Of a stretch of 64,000 nt of DNA, positions 13,597 through 27,600 are shown one piece after another. The notes beneath the pieces are model-generated. The model saw only the letters and a program-made list of their open reading frames with translations. It was not told the DNA's origin and did not search any database. Made by a program: the position numbers and the translations under genes. The first letter of the stretch is position 1; each line of letters opens with the position of its first letter. Source of the stretch: Lytechinus pictus (Eukaryota); assembly GCF_037042905.1 (NCBI RefSeq), contig NC_087252.1, positions 3,598,001 through 3,662,000 of the forward strand. Direction: 5' to 3'.

Positions 13597-15663
13597 AAAC
13601 TCCATATAAGCCCAGTTATGCATAAACGGTCTAGATGAAGAGACTATCCAAGTTCAAAGTCCAAACTCAAGTATAAATATTATTGCGGTCGGCTATATGG
13701 GGCAGTCGGATGAAAGGGAAGCCAGACAGTACATTAAAGGGGTACTTCACCATGAAGGAATGGTAATGATAATGAAAAAAGATATATTGGTGAAGGTTTG
13801 GATGAAAATCTATCAATCTATAACAAAGTTATTTAAAGCAGTTTCATTTTACTTTCATTTGTGACGTCATGTGCGAGCATCTTTTCCTACATCATGAATT
13901 TCAAAAAGTCAATGAAATTTCAATTTCTCAAAACAAAAATCCTCAGTTGTTTTTCTGGTACCTTCGATCTATCAACAGACAAACCATTCTGCATCCGCTC
14001 CTGAAGTACGAAAAATATTTTAGTCATCACTAATCCTCAAAAAAAATTAAATTCTTGCATTTTCCTGCCTGTATAGGACGACACAAATATATGTTAACAA
14101 ACTTCCCCTTTTACCTACCTCATGACCATGACAATCTGATGCGAACATGTAGGCCTGCTATATCCATCAAAAGCCTACTAAGTATGATGTTGAAGAGATC
14201 CATGGAAAATGTTATTCTTCAAAATAAACGAATGCCTAGCTGGTACGTGTATATACCGTAAGAAATATATATATTAATTCAATTCAAAGAATTTGATTTC
14301 AGGTAATCTTTTTGGATGGTATGTAGTGAGAACGTGCATGAATACCTCTACTAATATCATTATTATTACTTATACATTATTGTTCGATTTGATTTGTCAA
14401 TAACCAGTTGTCGTATCTGGTAAACGTTTCTGCACCAGCAAAATAAAAAGTAAAAAAGTATGTAAGTGGGGGCACTCTGCCACCCTTCACCCTCTGTAAC
14501 CATCACTCCCCTCCCCTACCCCTCTCTCCCCCCCCCCCCTCCCTCTCTTGCCCATCCCTTTGTTTCCTCTCTTTGCTGCTTCTACTACTGATGATGACAC
14601 TCTCCCTCTTCATAATGCCCACATGACATCAAATATTTAAATTACAACCTCGAGAAAAAGAAAATGATTATTGTTTGGTCATATGTAAGTTCTAGATTCA
14701 AATCATTAAATGTTTGTTTTTGTGTCAGTAAAGCAACGCCATCTTTCGTTGGGCCTCATTAGCAGCTGTGTACGCTGATCAGCTGATAGAGTTGGATCTC
14801 CGTCCGTTGGGGCTGTTTTTCAAGATAACATACATTTAACAGAATATACACTACTTATGTAAATAAATGATTATGAGAATAGACAAGAACATTGTTTTCT
14901 TTTAAAGACAGTTCTCAAAGCAATCAATATAAATGTCTCCATAATGACAAATTGATTTGGACTTTAGTACTGATGATACCGTCTACTTTGAGGGCTGAAT
15001 TTGTAGTCAATTATAGTTGAGTTGAGTGAATAAAGAGAGATCTAATACAAAATAACAAGCCAGGAAATCCTCTGCAAAATCCGATATAGATTCTTGATAC
15101 TTCTGAATATTCGGAAAATGAATGTTGGGATACATTCAGGGCAATTAATTATCTTCTTCATTTTATTCGTAAATCAATTTGGGTTAACAGAAACAGGGTT
15201 GACAGAAACAAATAGAAGATACTTAAAGAGCTACAACATATAAATGTATTTATTCGTTCTTACAGGTTTATCATGTTTATATTATTGTTAAAACACTTGC
15301 ATATTGCAATTGACATAAACATAAAGAGGTCACATTTTCTGCATATGATCATGTTTAGCGTAGCAAGACGTGAATATCCAGACGATACAGCAGTAACATA
15401 ATTAACAGCGTTTGAAAAATGCATTCCATCCATTGCACAAATTTATTTCATTGTTCTTGTTATCTACAGCGTATAGCTGAGAAATTATTTAAGATTTTTT
15501 TTTCAAAACGTGGAAAAATAAATCATGCGCTGATGCGCCTCCTTTGCCATTCAAAGTAATTAATTTTATGTTTTAACCTAAAGAACCCAGGTTCTATAAA
15601 TTGTAAATTTCAGATGTCTTATCATTACATTTTTTGTAATCATTTCGGGATTTGGTCATGACC

Positions 15664-18600
15664 TCAGGCAACCTTGTCAGCTCTGGGCACTGCTTTTAGT
15701 GTTATTCCATTGGGTGGGGTCAGGAAGCCGGTAATGTTGAACTTAGGAGGAATCTGTTTTAAAACAAGAGAAAATGTATTTTTCATAGTTGTGATGAATG
15801 GCGCAATTGGTTAGAAGAGTACAGTGTATGTAAGCTGTTTTCTGCAAGGCTATTATAGTCGAGATATACAGTTTTAAAGGTGTTGATTAGGGAATAGATT
15901 GCCAAAGTGATCAGTGTACTTCAGATACTCTTGCTCACACCTTAAAAATACTGAGGCCTCAGTCTACTCAAAAGCGAAAACAAATAAAATAGTCCCGAGG
16001 GGTAAGAAAGAAAGAAAGTAAAACGAATGGCTCTAAACCACTATTGTTCGATTATTAACACATAAAAATGACGTCACCTTTTATAGGTCTTGGTCCCCTC
16101 CACCCATCATGATCTACTATCCGGGCACGACCCCTCCGCAGATTGTGTGTAACATTATAAATAAGTTAGATGTGGGTGTGGGGTGCATTGCATTGAAGTG
16201 TATGTCTATTGGTACGTATGGACAGGTTGTTCGCTTTTATACCTCAGTCTGTGTGCAAGTCTCAAACCGGAAGTTCTGAAGCACGCGCACAACCGCCATC
16301 TTTGTTTCCATGAGAGCGAAGCGCATTCCGATGCAGTTGCGAGGGCCAGCACCGAATGGTTGCCAAGCGAATGGATGCTGTTTGGCTCGGGCCTCTTTGG
16401 TGAATCTGTTGCACGTACAAAACATGTTTGATTAAAATAATTCATGGATCTGTGCAGAATATAATGTACCGTTGGTGACCGGCGGGTGTATATCACTGAC
16501 TCCGCTATCCCTTAAGACAATGACCGACTCTCCACAATTTGAATATTTAGTCAATATTTTTTTTTCAGTTTACAAATCAGTTCATAAAGGTAGTCTGAAA
16601 TTAATTGTCGATAACGTGAACTCAAGATTACTCTACTTCATTTTTTTTTTCTGAATGGGAGAATTCCCTCATCGTCAGTATTGTGTTACAATCGTCAACG
16701 TTGCTTGAGCTGGGGTGGTACTGCTATTACAAGGTGGACACAATGCCTATATACTGACATTCAAAAGGAAATCTAAACACCTAGTTCAATGAATAATGTA
16801 TAAAAGGATGTATCTTTATGATAGGGGAATAAATATCCTTCCGCGCGCATTCTTAAGCGCAATAGGCTGTTGATAATCAATTTTTCCTCCTAATTTTTGC
16901 AATTTCGATTACCTTTTTACGAACGCACGTGCATTACAAGATCGTGAAAGTAAACGGTGTCCATCTTGTAATACCACTGGGGATTTCGAAGTCATTTAGA
17001 TTCTGAATAATAAAAATAGATATCGTAAGAAATATGGCCCTTTCCAGTACTGTCCACACGGATTACCTTTCTGGGATGAACTTCTTTGGTTGAGGCCAGT
17101 AGTCAGGATCGTGATGAATGGTGTATATTGGTATGAAGACTTGGGTTCCCTTCTCAATGATGGCGCCATTGTGTTCAAAGGTCTCATTGCACATGCGATT
17201 TGCACTGCGAGAAATTCGAGAAATGCTCAATACGATAAGAAAGGAAACTTGCGTCTATTCCTATTACATCAACGGATAAGAATTTGAGGAAGGTAAAGTC
17301 TGAATAAGACGAGCAGAAAAGGCATCCATGATTGGACGTAACACGTTCTCTGATAGATGATAAATTTTAAAAGAGCTTTGATAATCAATACTGCTGTTTA
17401 TCATGGTTCAAGGAAGTATCACAGTATCTATGGTAAAACATTGAATACGGACTCATCATATGACAAGGCATTTCTTGATGTTCGAAGGTGCCGTTGCGAT
17501 GACACCAAGAAGCATCGGATAAAAACATTAAGTCCGATTTAAAAGAGGGCCATCAAACATTATCTTAAACAACTACTATAAGTGCGATACTGTATCGAAA
17601 CGATCGTGGCGAAGAGCAATGAGATGAATGTAAATTCGAAGCAGGAGAATCAAGGAGCCAAAAAATAGATTGGGATAGATGAGAAGGATTTGATAATGGA
17701 TGGCATCGCGAAGAAAAACAAGATCAAGAACAAGGAGAAAATGGAGGGAAAGAAAAAGGAAAATACGAAGGCTTACACCGCAGCAGGTGGGAACAACCTC
17801 AGGGTTTCGCAAACAACTTGATCAAGGTAAGGCATGGTTGCAACAGACTTGTACCCGGCGTCGTCACGAGAGGGCGTCATCTTGTCAATCTCCTGGATTA
17901 GCTTCTCCTGGACCTCAGGGTTGGTGGCCAAAGAATACGCGATGAAACCTAGGAGAGTGGTGGTAGTCTCGGAACCAGCGGTGAAGAAGATCAGCACCTG
18001 TTAACATTAAATAACAGAACTATTGGCTGTTGATGAGGAGTGGATATAATTATGTGCCAATCCTATGGTGGGTAAGAAAATACACGGAACAGTAATCATT
18101 GGACCTATGTGTGTCGAGTCTTTCGAATTAATTTAAGCACTTGTGGTATTAATTCGGACTCAGTTTAGCCGACACCACGACAATCGGAATACTAAGGTCG
18201 ACCACAGCCGGAAGTGGCGACGTGAAGCGCTTGATACGTTCCATTATGACAAAATCGTATCGGTCAAACCAAGGAGTTGGGAACTCCCTGGTCAAACACT
18301 GAAACGCTGACAGTGACGATACCAGGCGAAGGTTCAATGACAAAGAATTTCAATGTATTTACGTTCGAGTTATAGGTGTCAGCAAGTAGGTCTATCACGG
18401 TGCCTTTTACAACTCACTTAGTATATTGTCCTCATCTTCCTCCATTTAAATAATGTGCCCCTGCCCCCTCCTTAATCAAACACAAATGTCAAATGTGCAC
18501 TTCTGATTAAGAATCAAGTCTTGCGTTTCATTTAGATTGCACTACATTTAGACTTCAGCTATTCTGCAAGGAACCCAGATCCAATGAGATTCAAGGCATC

Positions 18601-21600
18601 TGATAGCGTATAGGAGTGATTCCTTCACATTCTAAACTTTTTCTAGAATCATAAAAACGCTCATTGGGTTCTGTTACTCTATTGGTCATACCTGAGCTAG
18701 GACCTCGTTGTCTGTCAGAGGTTTTTTCTTGCCCATACCCCTTGAGTGATACTGGGTATCGTGATGTTTGTCCAAATCAGCATGGATATCGTCCTCATCC
18801 TCCTCCTCTTCGGGTTTGTAAACTTTGTTGACGTTTTCATGTTTCTGCGCATCAAGCAGTAACTGAAGGAAGTCAACCCTCTGGGGAATAAAGTCGTACG
18901 TTTGGCTAATGAATAAATGAGCCTCAACTAGGTGAATAAATAGTGGAACTATTTCAGTAAGAATAGTTTGCACTTATCTAAGCGCATGGCTGACTAACAA
19001 TTGTGCCAAATCACTCCTTGAGTGTCTTTTCTCTCTTTTAATGTCGGAAACTTATATCATTACGACTAGATATTAAATTCGCTTTTATTCTAATAAGGAT
19101 GGGAGCATAGTCACAGATATGAACATAGGAATTCGTACGATGATTTAGAACATTACACAGGAAGATATTACAAGTCTCAATACTAGCATCAAATTCTACT
19201 ACAATTTATTCTGAAATCGGGACGCAGACCAATCGTAAGGTGTGCGGTTACGCTGCCATATTTCATCCCTCGTATCGTCATCATAAAAAACAACACTACA
19301 AAAGTAGAATTATACACACATACACACACACACACATGTGTATATATATATATATACATAACTAAAAACCTTGGAGTCGGATCCTGATGTAATATCATTT
19401 CTCAAAGCAATTGCTTTCTTGTTGACATCTTTGAAGAAATCGACTACATCGGCGCCCATGAACAATCCGAGTCGGAAGTAAGTAAAGACTCTCCCCAAAG
19501 CTGGAATCATGCCTTTTACAAAAAATATGAAGACAAGTGAAATAGCTATGAAGTGAAGCCACATGGCAGGTTAAGATTCACAAGTGTTTGGTGATATTGA
19601 TTAGAGTTTGCATCTGAAAAATGTTGAGCAAAGATACCAAACTCAGAAAATTGTGGCTCAAGTGTTTTGTCTCGTTGTCTGCGAGACAGTGTAATGACCA
19701 AGCATGGACCTTTGAATTTCCAATGGTGTAATGCAGTCAGTCTCCCACACATCCATCGTTCCGACCACCCTCCTGCATAGCTTCTACAAGTCTGTCTGTT
19801 GCTTACAAGAGTTTTCTTTGTCTTATGTGGTATTGCAGAAGGAAATATATGCCTAATACCTTGGTCACATTTGCTCTACGGCGCGCCGTAGAGCAAATGT
19901 GACCGAGGTATAATCATTAACGAGTTGGTCATCTCATGTTATGGCATTGATCGTCGCTAGGGAGCACACTGTATACCGAGTTAGGGTTTTGAGGGAAGTA
20001 CGATTAGGTGAAAATGGCATTTCACCAACAGTTGATCCCTCAAACGAATTCCACTGCCAAGTGATGTCACCCCTTTCCCAAAGTATACACTGTCCCGATC
20101 GTTATGTTGTTTTATTTCAATTCTTAGCGTTAATTCGTAATACAGTTGTTCTAAGATGTGGATGCTTATCTTCTTCCACTCCCCTGACGTACGACAGATT
20201 CAAGAACATAATGTATTGTCACCCAAGAGGTCTGTCAAATATTAGTGAATCAAAACAGAGGTTCGTCCTGCACTCTAATATAAACGTCACATTTGCAACT
20301 TTTCTCTGCTCCAAAACATAGGAAGAAATTGCTGTTGGGTTCACCTTTGTCGCCAAAGAACTCCCAGCTGTTCATTTGACTAGGATTTTCAAAATATTTT
20401 CTATGCTATTGCGAGCGCTTAGCGTCCCAGCTCCAAAACATAGGAAGAAATTGCTGTTGGGTTCACCTTTGTCGCCAAAGAACTCCCAGCTGCTAATTGT
20501 CATTTGACTGGGATTTTTCAAAACATTTTCTATGTTACATGTACTGCGAGCTAAACGCTCTAAACGTCACAGCTCTAAAACATAGGAAGAAATTGCTGTT
20601 GGGTTCACCTTTGTCGCCAAAGAACTCCCAGTTGTCATTTGACTGGGATTTTCAAAAATTTTCTTTGCTATTGCGAGCGTTTAGCGTCCCAGTACGAAAA
20701 TTCCATACTGTACATATACAGACAAAATGATTACTTCCGATAATGAAGAATGGGTTCCAGACGTCAAACTGGAAGGCCTTTTTAGCATTGCTCACGAAAG
20801 GATTTCTCGGATCAGACTGGGAATCGATGTCAAGACCAAACGCACAACTTCCGACAGTATCCATGACGAAGGCCCCAAAGATACTGTGGAAAAGGATATG
20901 TGAGAAATGGAATAGAAATTCAAGGAGTTAACCATTAGGGGGGCAAAATAAGTAAGTGGTAGCTACAGATTGTTTCCACTTGATATATGACCTAGTAATG
21001 AAAGTGAAGCGCTATCATCATTATCATCAACAGCAAGATTATTATTACTCTGGTTCACACAGTCAATGGTATTAACTGATGTAAAAGGTAACTGATTTTT
21101 TTTTTCATTCTCGTATGGGTGAATCTGATAAGGCAATTTTAAATGTGGATAATAGTTATGTAAGAACAACTATAAATAGCCATCTTATATGGCGATTTAT
21201 AAATGTTCCACGGCGCACCTAGTACCCTCATACTAGTCTCAGTTTCAGTAGCTTTTTAGGTCGCTTGGTGCATTCAATTAATTAATTCTGCATGCCACGA
21301 ACCCATTCAACTAATATGGGTTTGGGTGCAGCAGCACGTGGATCAATTTCTTGCTAAAGAAAAAGACACCATGGCTGGAATATGAATCCGTAGCCTCCTG
21401 TTTTAAAAGCGATGTTAAAAGGAAATAAGTCGAAAAAAAAAGTTATCTGCAATCAATGCTATTTGATGTGGTTTTCACTACGAATATAGGTTATCATGGT
21501 TATTGGCAATTGACTTACTCTTGACATTCGATGTACCCTCTATCTTTCTGTTTGATCCCAATGTGTTTGACCAGACTGTCTGCGCTAGCGTTTACAAGAT

Positions 21601-24600
21601 TGGACATCTGTATAAGGACAGAAGAAAGTACACTACGATTACTTCAGGCCTTCATAAAACCCTATTTAGCCAACTTGACTTCTTATAGCCCCCCCCCCCC
21701 CCCTCATTTCCTTTTTTCCTGTACACTTCATCAAGCTTGATGTTATTGATATTAATTTTTACCATCCTCCCAATCAAAACCTTCATCATAACACATTAGG
21801 AGTTTAGCTGTCGTCAGTATCACAATATATCCATTTTGTTCACGGATTCCGACCTGATTATAAATTGTAGGAATACAGTATATCATGCGGTGTCTTCGCT
21901 CTGTGTTCAAATAGTAATTTATCAAATTCTACAGCATGAGCAGTGTCTTGTGATATGTGAGGAAAGTACACACAAATGTGTACGATTTTATTAATAAAAA
22001 AATACACAAATAGTTGTGTTCACTGTGTTCACATAGGCAGCTGAGCAACAATACTCAAAAAGTGAACAATTTGAAGGTGATTTCTCATTTTGCTCCAGAC
22101 TGTGGTCAAAGACACACTATGAGCATACTGTGCACTCACTGTGGAACAAACTGAGACAATCCGTTCTTTTCAAGAGGGACATTCTCTTAGTAAAGCGGAC
22201 CTACTTACCTGTTTCATCTTTGCCCCGCTGAATGTCGGGGTTAAGATGTTTCTTATTTCCTTCCAGCGCTCCCCTTCCGCCAGTGACACCATACTTTGAA
22301 GTTCATCGGGAATCTGCGGAAAGCTCTTCATTAGAAAGAAAGACAAAAAAAGGAATAACTATGAGATGTTTAAAAATAACCAAACGATAGCGCTCCAAGG
22401 CGGGGTAAGTTTTCCCTTTTTTTGTGAAAGTGTAGAAAAGACGCAGACTTTAACTCAAAAAAGGAAAAAAAATCACTCTAAAAAGTTTAAATTCTCACTC
22501 CATCAGGATTGGTCACTCGTCTCCAAGAGGAGTGTGATAAGAGACCTGGTTCCCATTTCATAAAGAGTTACAACTATGGTAACTTTGCCATTATAGCAAC
22601 TACCATGTAAACCTTGATTCTGATATGCTGCTGAGTCCTGTTACCATGGTAGTTGCTATTATGGTAAAGTTACAATAGTTGTAGAGACAATGTTTTCAAA
22701 ATGGACCCTACTGATAAAAAAATATTTTTTCTGATACTTACAACTCTGTTGTGGAAATTGTTGAAGCTCTTCACCAGAACAAGTCGTAATATCTCGGGAT
22801 CACTCACGACAATGACGGGAACACTAAATGAAAACGTCCTATTGACAGGATGCAGAAAGATACAGTTTTCATCCGATTATGGCCGGTTTGATAGCTTTCT
22901 TACCCCCCTTTCACATGGTAAAAAAATCGTAATTTTAAATGATGCTTCTAGTGAAAAATAAGGCTAATGAGAAATATTTAGCACGTGTAAAACCAAACTA
23001 GAACATGATAGAATCACGAACGCTAATCACAGAAACGAATACAATAGCATTCATCATTAGAATGATGATTCAAGATTCACGTGTGAAAAGGCACTTGGTT
23101 ATGCCGCTTTAAGGTATTTTTTTTCAACCTTGATTTCTGCGCCATTGTATGGCCCACGTTGTCTGTTCAAAGAACTGATTTTTACTGATATCTTAACAGT
23201 GGGCTCTTTTAGAAAGAATCGATCAATGCCATTTAAGAATTTAGGAAATGTTCTGAATAACAATTTGCTTCATTTTTTTACATTGTAAGATAGGTAGAGA
23301 GGCAATGATAGATTGATAAATACCAGGGATATTTTGCCTAATAAAACAATTTGAAAGGTTTTTATAGTACAGACTTCATGTTACCACGCTTTGATTACTG
23401 TTTTTTTATCTGTTAATATACTCAAAAAATGGTTCCGTTTCATAAAATCTAGCTGGAAAAAGCTTTTTAAAAGTATGAAATATTTTCATTTTCTCTTCAG
23501 TATAATGTACGAACAAAATTTGCCAGATTCATGAACACACGAAATTGTATTCGTGATTTGATGAAGAATTTTGTCAATTCTGCAAAAAATAAAATTTTAG
23601 TTTTCAAATATAGGAAAAACAAATAGTGAGTGATATCATCGACTTTCCCATATGCATTTCCTTACGTTGTGCGTACATTTGTTTTGATGAAAATAAGAGA
23701 AAGCTTGGCGGAACCAGCGGCAGATGGCACTTTTCCACCCCCCCCCCCAAAAAAAAAAAAAAATCCCCGTATGAAAAAATGCCCTTTTTTCAAAATGGAA
23801 AGTGTCTTCTTTTCAAATGAAATGTACCCTTACTCAAAATGAAATACCCTTTTTGAAGTAAAACATAATACATGTGAGGTAAGAAAGTCAAAAAAATCTT
23901 TGGCTCGCGCTTCGCGCTCGCATCAATTAATGTTTAGTAAGGTACTCATTCTATTCTTGGTTACATAATATGCTTAGAATGTCAACTTTTCTGGTTGGAA
24001 TATCACAAGTTTTTGGCTCACGATTCGTGCTCCTATTGATCATTTATTGTAAGGTAAAGTATACTTAATCTGTTCTTAGTTACAAAAAGTGCTTAGGATA
24101 TCCAGTTATCAGGTTGAAATGTTAAATTTTTTTAGCTTATGCTTCGCGCTCGCATTATTTAATTGTTTAGATATTTATCCTATTCATCAGTCACTAAAAA
24201 TGCAGTCCTTATCAGTTTCCTTGTCTAGTCAGTGTATTATAAATTTCAGCTCGCGCTTCGCGCTCGCGTCAATTCTTTAGTTTAAGTAGATACACATCTT
24301 TCTCATGATAACAAAAACTGCTAGGAATGTTTAATTTCCATGTCTTATTACATGAAATGCCCAAAAGTGTGAGCTCGCTATTCGTGCTCACAACATCTCG
24401 CAAGGAAACCCTTTTATAAGTAAATAGCGTCATAATTGACCAAACAATGAGTTTCACAACTTCAGATTTATTTTTTCTTTCCAAACCGCTCGCTCGCGGA
24501 AAAAACTAAAGCTTGAATATATATCTTATCAATCAGAAACCAATCCAAAGAGGTTGAACTCAATTTAATTACTACAAAACACACATCTACTTCATGCAGG

Positions 24601-27600
24601 TGATAATCTCATGGTGAAAGTATCCGTTTTGCACCAATATGCCCGTTTTGACACTATAAATATATTATTTTGGCTTGCCCCCCCCCCCCAAAAAAAAAAA
24701 TAACACTACTTTTGAAGTGCATAATCTTTTTTGAGTACTTACCCGTAGAACTTCCCATATTTTCTCGTCCACTCTTCGAAAATTTCAGGGATTTTTGTTC
24801 TCTGAAAAAAAAATCAAACAAATTTTTAGCTTGACAATCAAACGTGAAAATGTTTACACTACCCTCTTCATTGCAACACTATTAGCCTATATTAAATGCT
24901 AATATTTTTTAAAAACAAAAAATAATGTCTTCTGTTAGTTGAAACAAGATTATGGTGGTCATGATTTTGTTCTTTATCGATGTTTTTTTAATTAAATAGC
25001 TACAAATAGAAACCAATAGCGGTTCTTTGAGTATTTGCCTATGTCCAGATTTATCACAAACGATGTTGAATGTGTTATAAAATGCCTCATCTAACTCGAT
25101 CAGATTTATGTGATTCCAATATATACGACTGAGGCAAAACGACATAAAGTACCATTGTCATGGTTTAATGGTTTAGTCAGTATCCGATGGATTTTCGTAT
25201 TGGCAAGATGCGTTGCTAATTCATCGAATACAGTATATTCGAACGGGCGCTGCAACGGGGCTTCCACCCCCCCCCCCCCCAAACACACACATTTTTTTTC
25301 AGTAGGCTTTAAACAATTATCAAAACGTAAGATATGTAAGACTGGCCATCAAATTGTGACTCTAGGCATGTTCATTTAACTTTTTATTCGACCTCACCCA
25401 CCCCCCCTCCCACTTTTAAAATGCCCCCCCCCCCCATACCCAAAAGGTCCAGGGTCCCATAACACAAAGGTTAGCGTTTGATCGTACGCTTGATTTTCAT
25501 GATTGATTGTACATTGTAATCAATGCAATCAATCTTAGAAAAATGTTCTAAGATATTTGCTAAGTTTTGTGTTACGGGCCCCTGGTTTAATCATTAGGGC
25601 CTACTGATGTGAAGATTGGGTTTCCAATTAGAGGTAGAGCTGGTTCGTACGGCACTCCCTTCCGCTTCCAATAACTGTGGGTCCAGAGGGCGGTATATCT
25701 AAGAAAGATGATAAGAGAGATAGGTTGAATATCACAATCAATTAGACTAGTCTTAGTCCTGTCGAAAAGTTGGCGAAAAGAAATTAATAATAATAATATG
25801 CGACATTTATAAATCTCTTAATACAAATGACTCAAAGCCAAGCACACTTATTACCCCGACTTAAGCACGGCTTTCCTGATCGGACGCTCGAGCATTCAAG
25901 GAATTCCTTCCTACCGGGTATCCATACTAGACCTCGGTGGAGAGCGGCAAATTTAGATAAACGCCTTGCCAAAGGACGTGAATGTTGCGGTGGGATTTGA
26001 ACCCCGGCCGGACCTTGTGTTTCAAAGTCACAGGACTTATCTAGTGAGCCGCAACACCTCATTTGTGGCCAATTTCTATAAATGCAACCTAGTAGTCTCA
26101 GAGCGTATGTAGGTCTACCCTCTGTGCAGAGTGTGGTTTGTCATTAGTACCCTGGTCCTAGTCTGGTTGTGAATTATAACTTTTCGAAATCATTCCCACC
26201 GTCCAATCTAATGAAAGTATGATATTTTATAAAAACAATAAGAGTTTGTCAGATTTTGAGCGTCTATCTGCATTGTCTTGGAGTTGTTTCAAAGACGGTT
26301 TTGACAGGTGTCCCTTTCCATGCCCAAAGGAAAAAAACCCACTTTTTATCCAGTCTTTTGATTTTCGCCCATATAGATCTTCAGATTGAATTTACAATAT
26401 AGCATGCATATTTACACAAGTTATTTCATTATATTTGACAATCTGAAAAAATCAAACTAGCATAATGCTGAAAATTTCATCACAATCCCATGTAAAATAA
26501 GAAAGTTAATACATTTTAAAGCTTCGCTTATTTTTCACAAAACAATTTTATGCACAACTCAGTGACATGCAAATGAGACATTCGATGATGCCCCTCACTT
26601 ACTATATCTTTTGTTTTTTATTATTTGAATTATACAAAATTTCAATTTTTACCGATTTGACAGTAAGGACCAACTTGACTGAACCATATAGTATTAACTC
26701 AATGCTAATTCCACGTGTTCAAGGAGAATTTTTTTTTTTCACCTGACAATGAGGGGAAAATTTGAATATTTCATGTAATAAAATACAAAAGGAATAGTGA
26801 GTGGATGACGTCATCGGTCTCCTCATTTGCATACCGACCAGGATGTGCATATAACTGTATTAAGAATTTAAGCGAAACTTTAAGAGATCTCAACTTTATT
26901 ACTTTACATTCGATTTTTGATGAAATTTCAAGTGCTATGCTCGTCAGATTTTTGTCTTTTTCAGTGAAATGTCACCTTTTTTCTTTGCCAGAGAAATGGA
27001 TGACATTTCAACCCTTTACGATAAAAGACTGGTATTGCACAAACACTTCATGTCATTGATTATCATAAACATATTTATTTTACAGTGTAAACATTGCACA
27101 ATGATGTAGACTTGCTGCAAAATTGCCAACTAATAATATTATAATATTTTTATATCTGTTTTAAAAAAACTTCTTACTGATAGCCACTTACAAAGTTCTT
27201 AACCCATTTATTTCGTTCCAACTCATATCTTTTGTATGATAGGATTTTACTTTAATACTACGTACATGTATAATATCGTCGTACATGTATAATATCGTTC
27301 AGATTTATGATTCATCAATAACGACCTACAAACAATGTTATTGAGCTATAATTATTGTATCAATGATCTTAATTTCCTTAAATCATATATCAGTATACAT
27401 AAAATTTATGCAATTTATATTTAGCTTTTTGCAAGTTTTTAGAATTTAAGTATTAAATATCAAACCTTTACAAATCTTTTTGTAAGGAATACTTTTTGCC
27501 AGGTGCAGTAAACTATTTAGGTGGTCCACAACTCGACTAGTCTAGATTTTCTTGCGATCTAAGACTGTTTGATCTGGTTTATTCGTTATACATGTTTTTT

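Noticed and set aside
20309..20692. Regularly spaced direct repeats, here and at 62000-62330, as a CRISPR-like array
   Set aside because: Spacers are themselves repeated, no cas genes are present, and the context is a eukaryotic intron.
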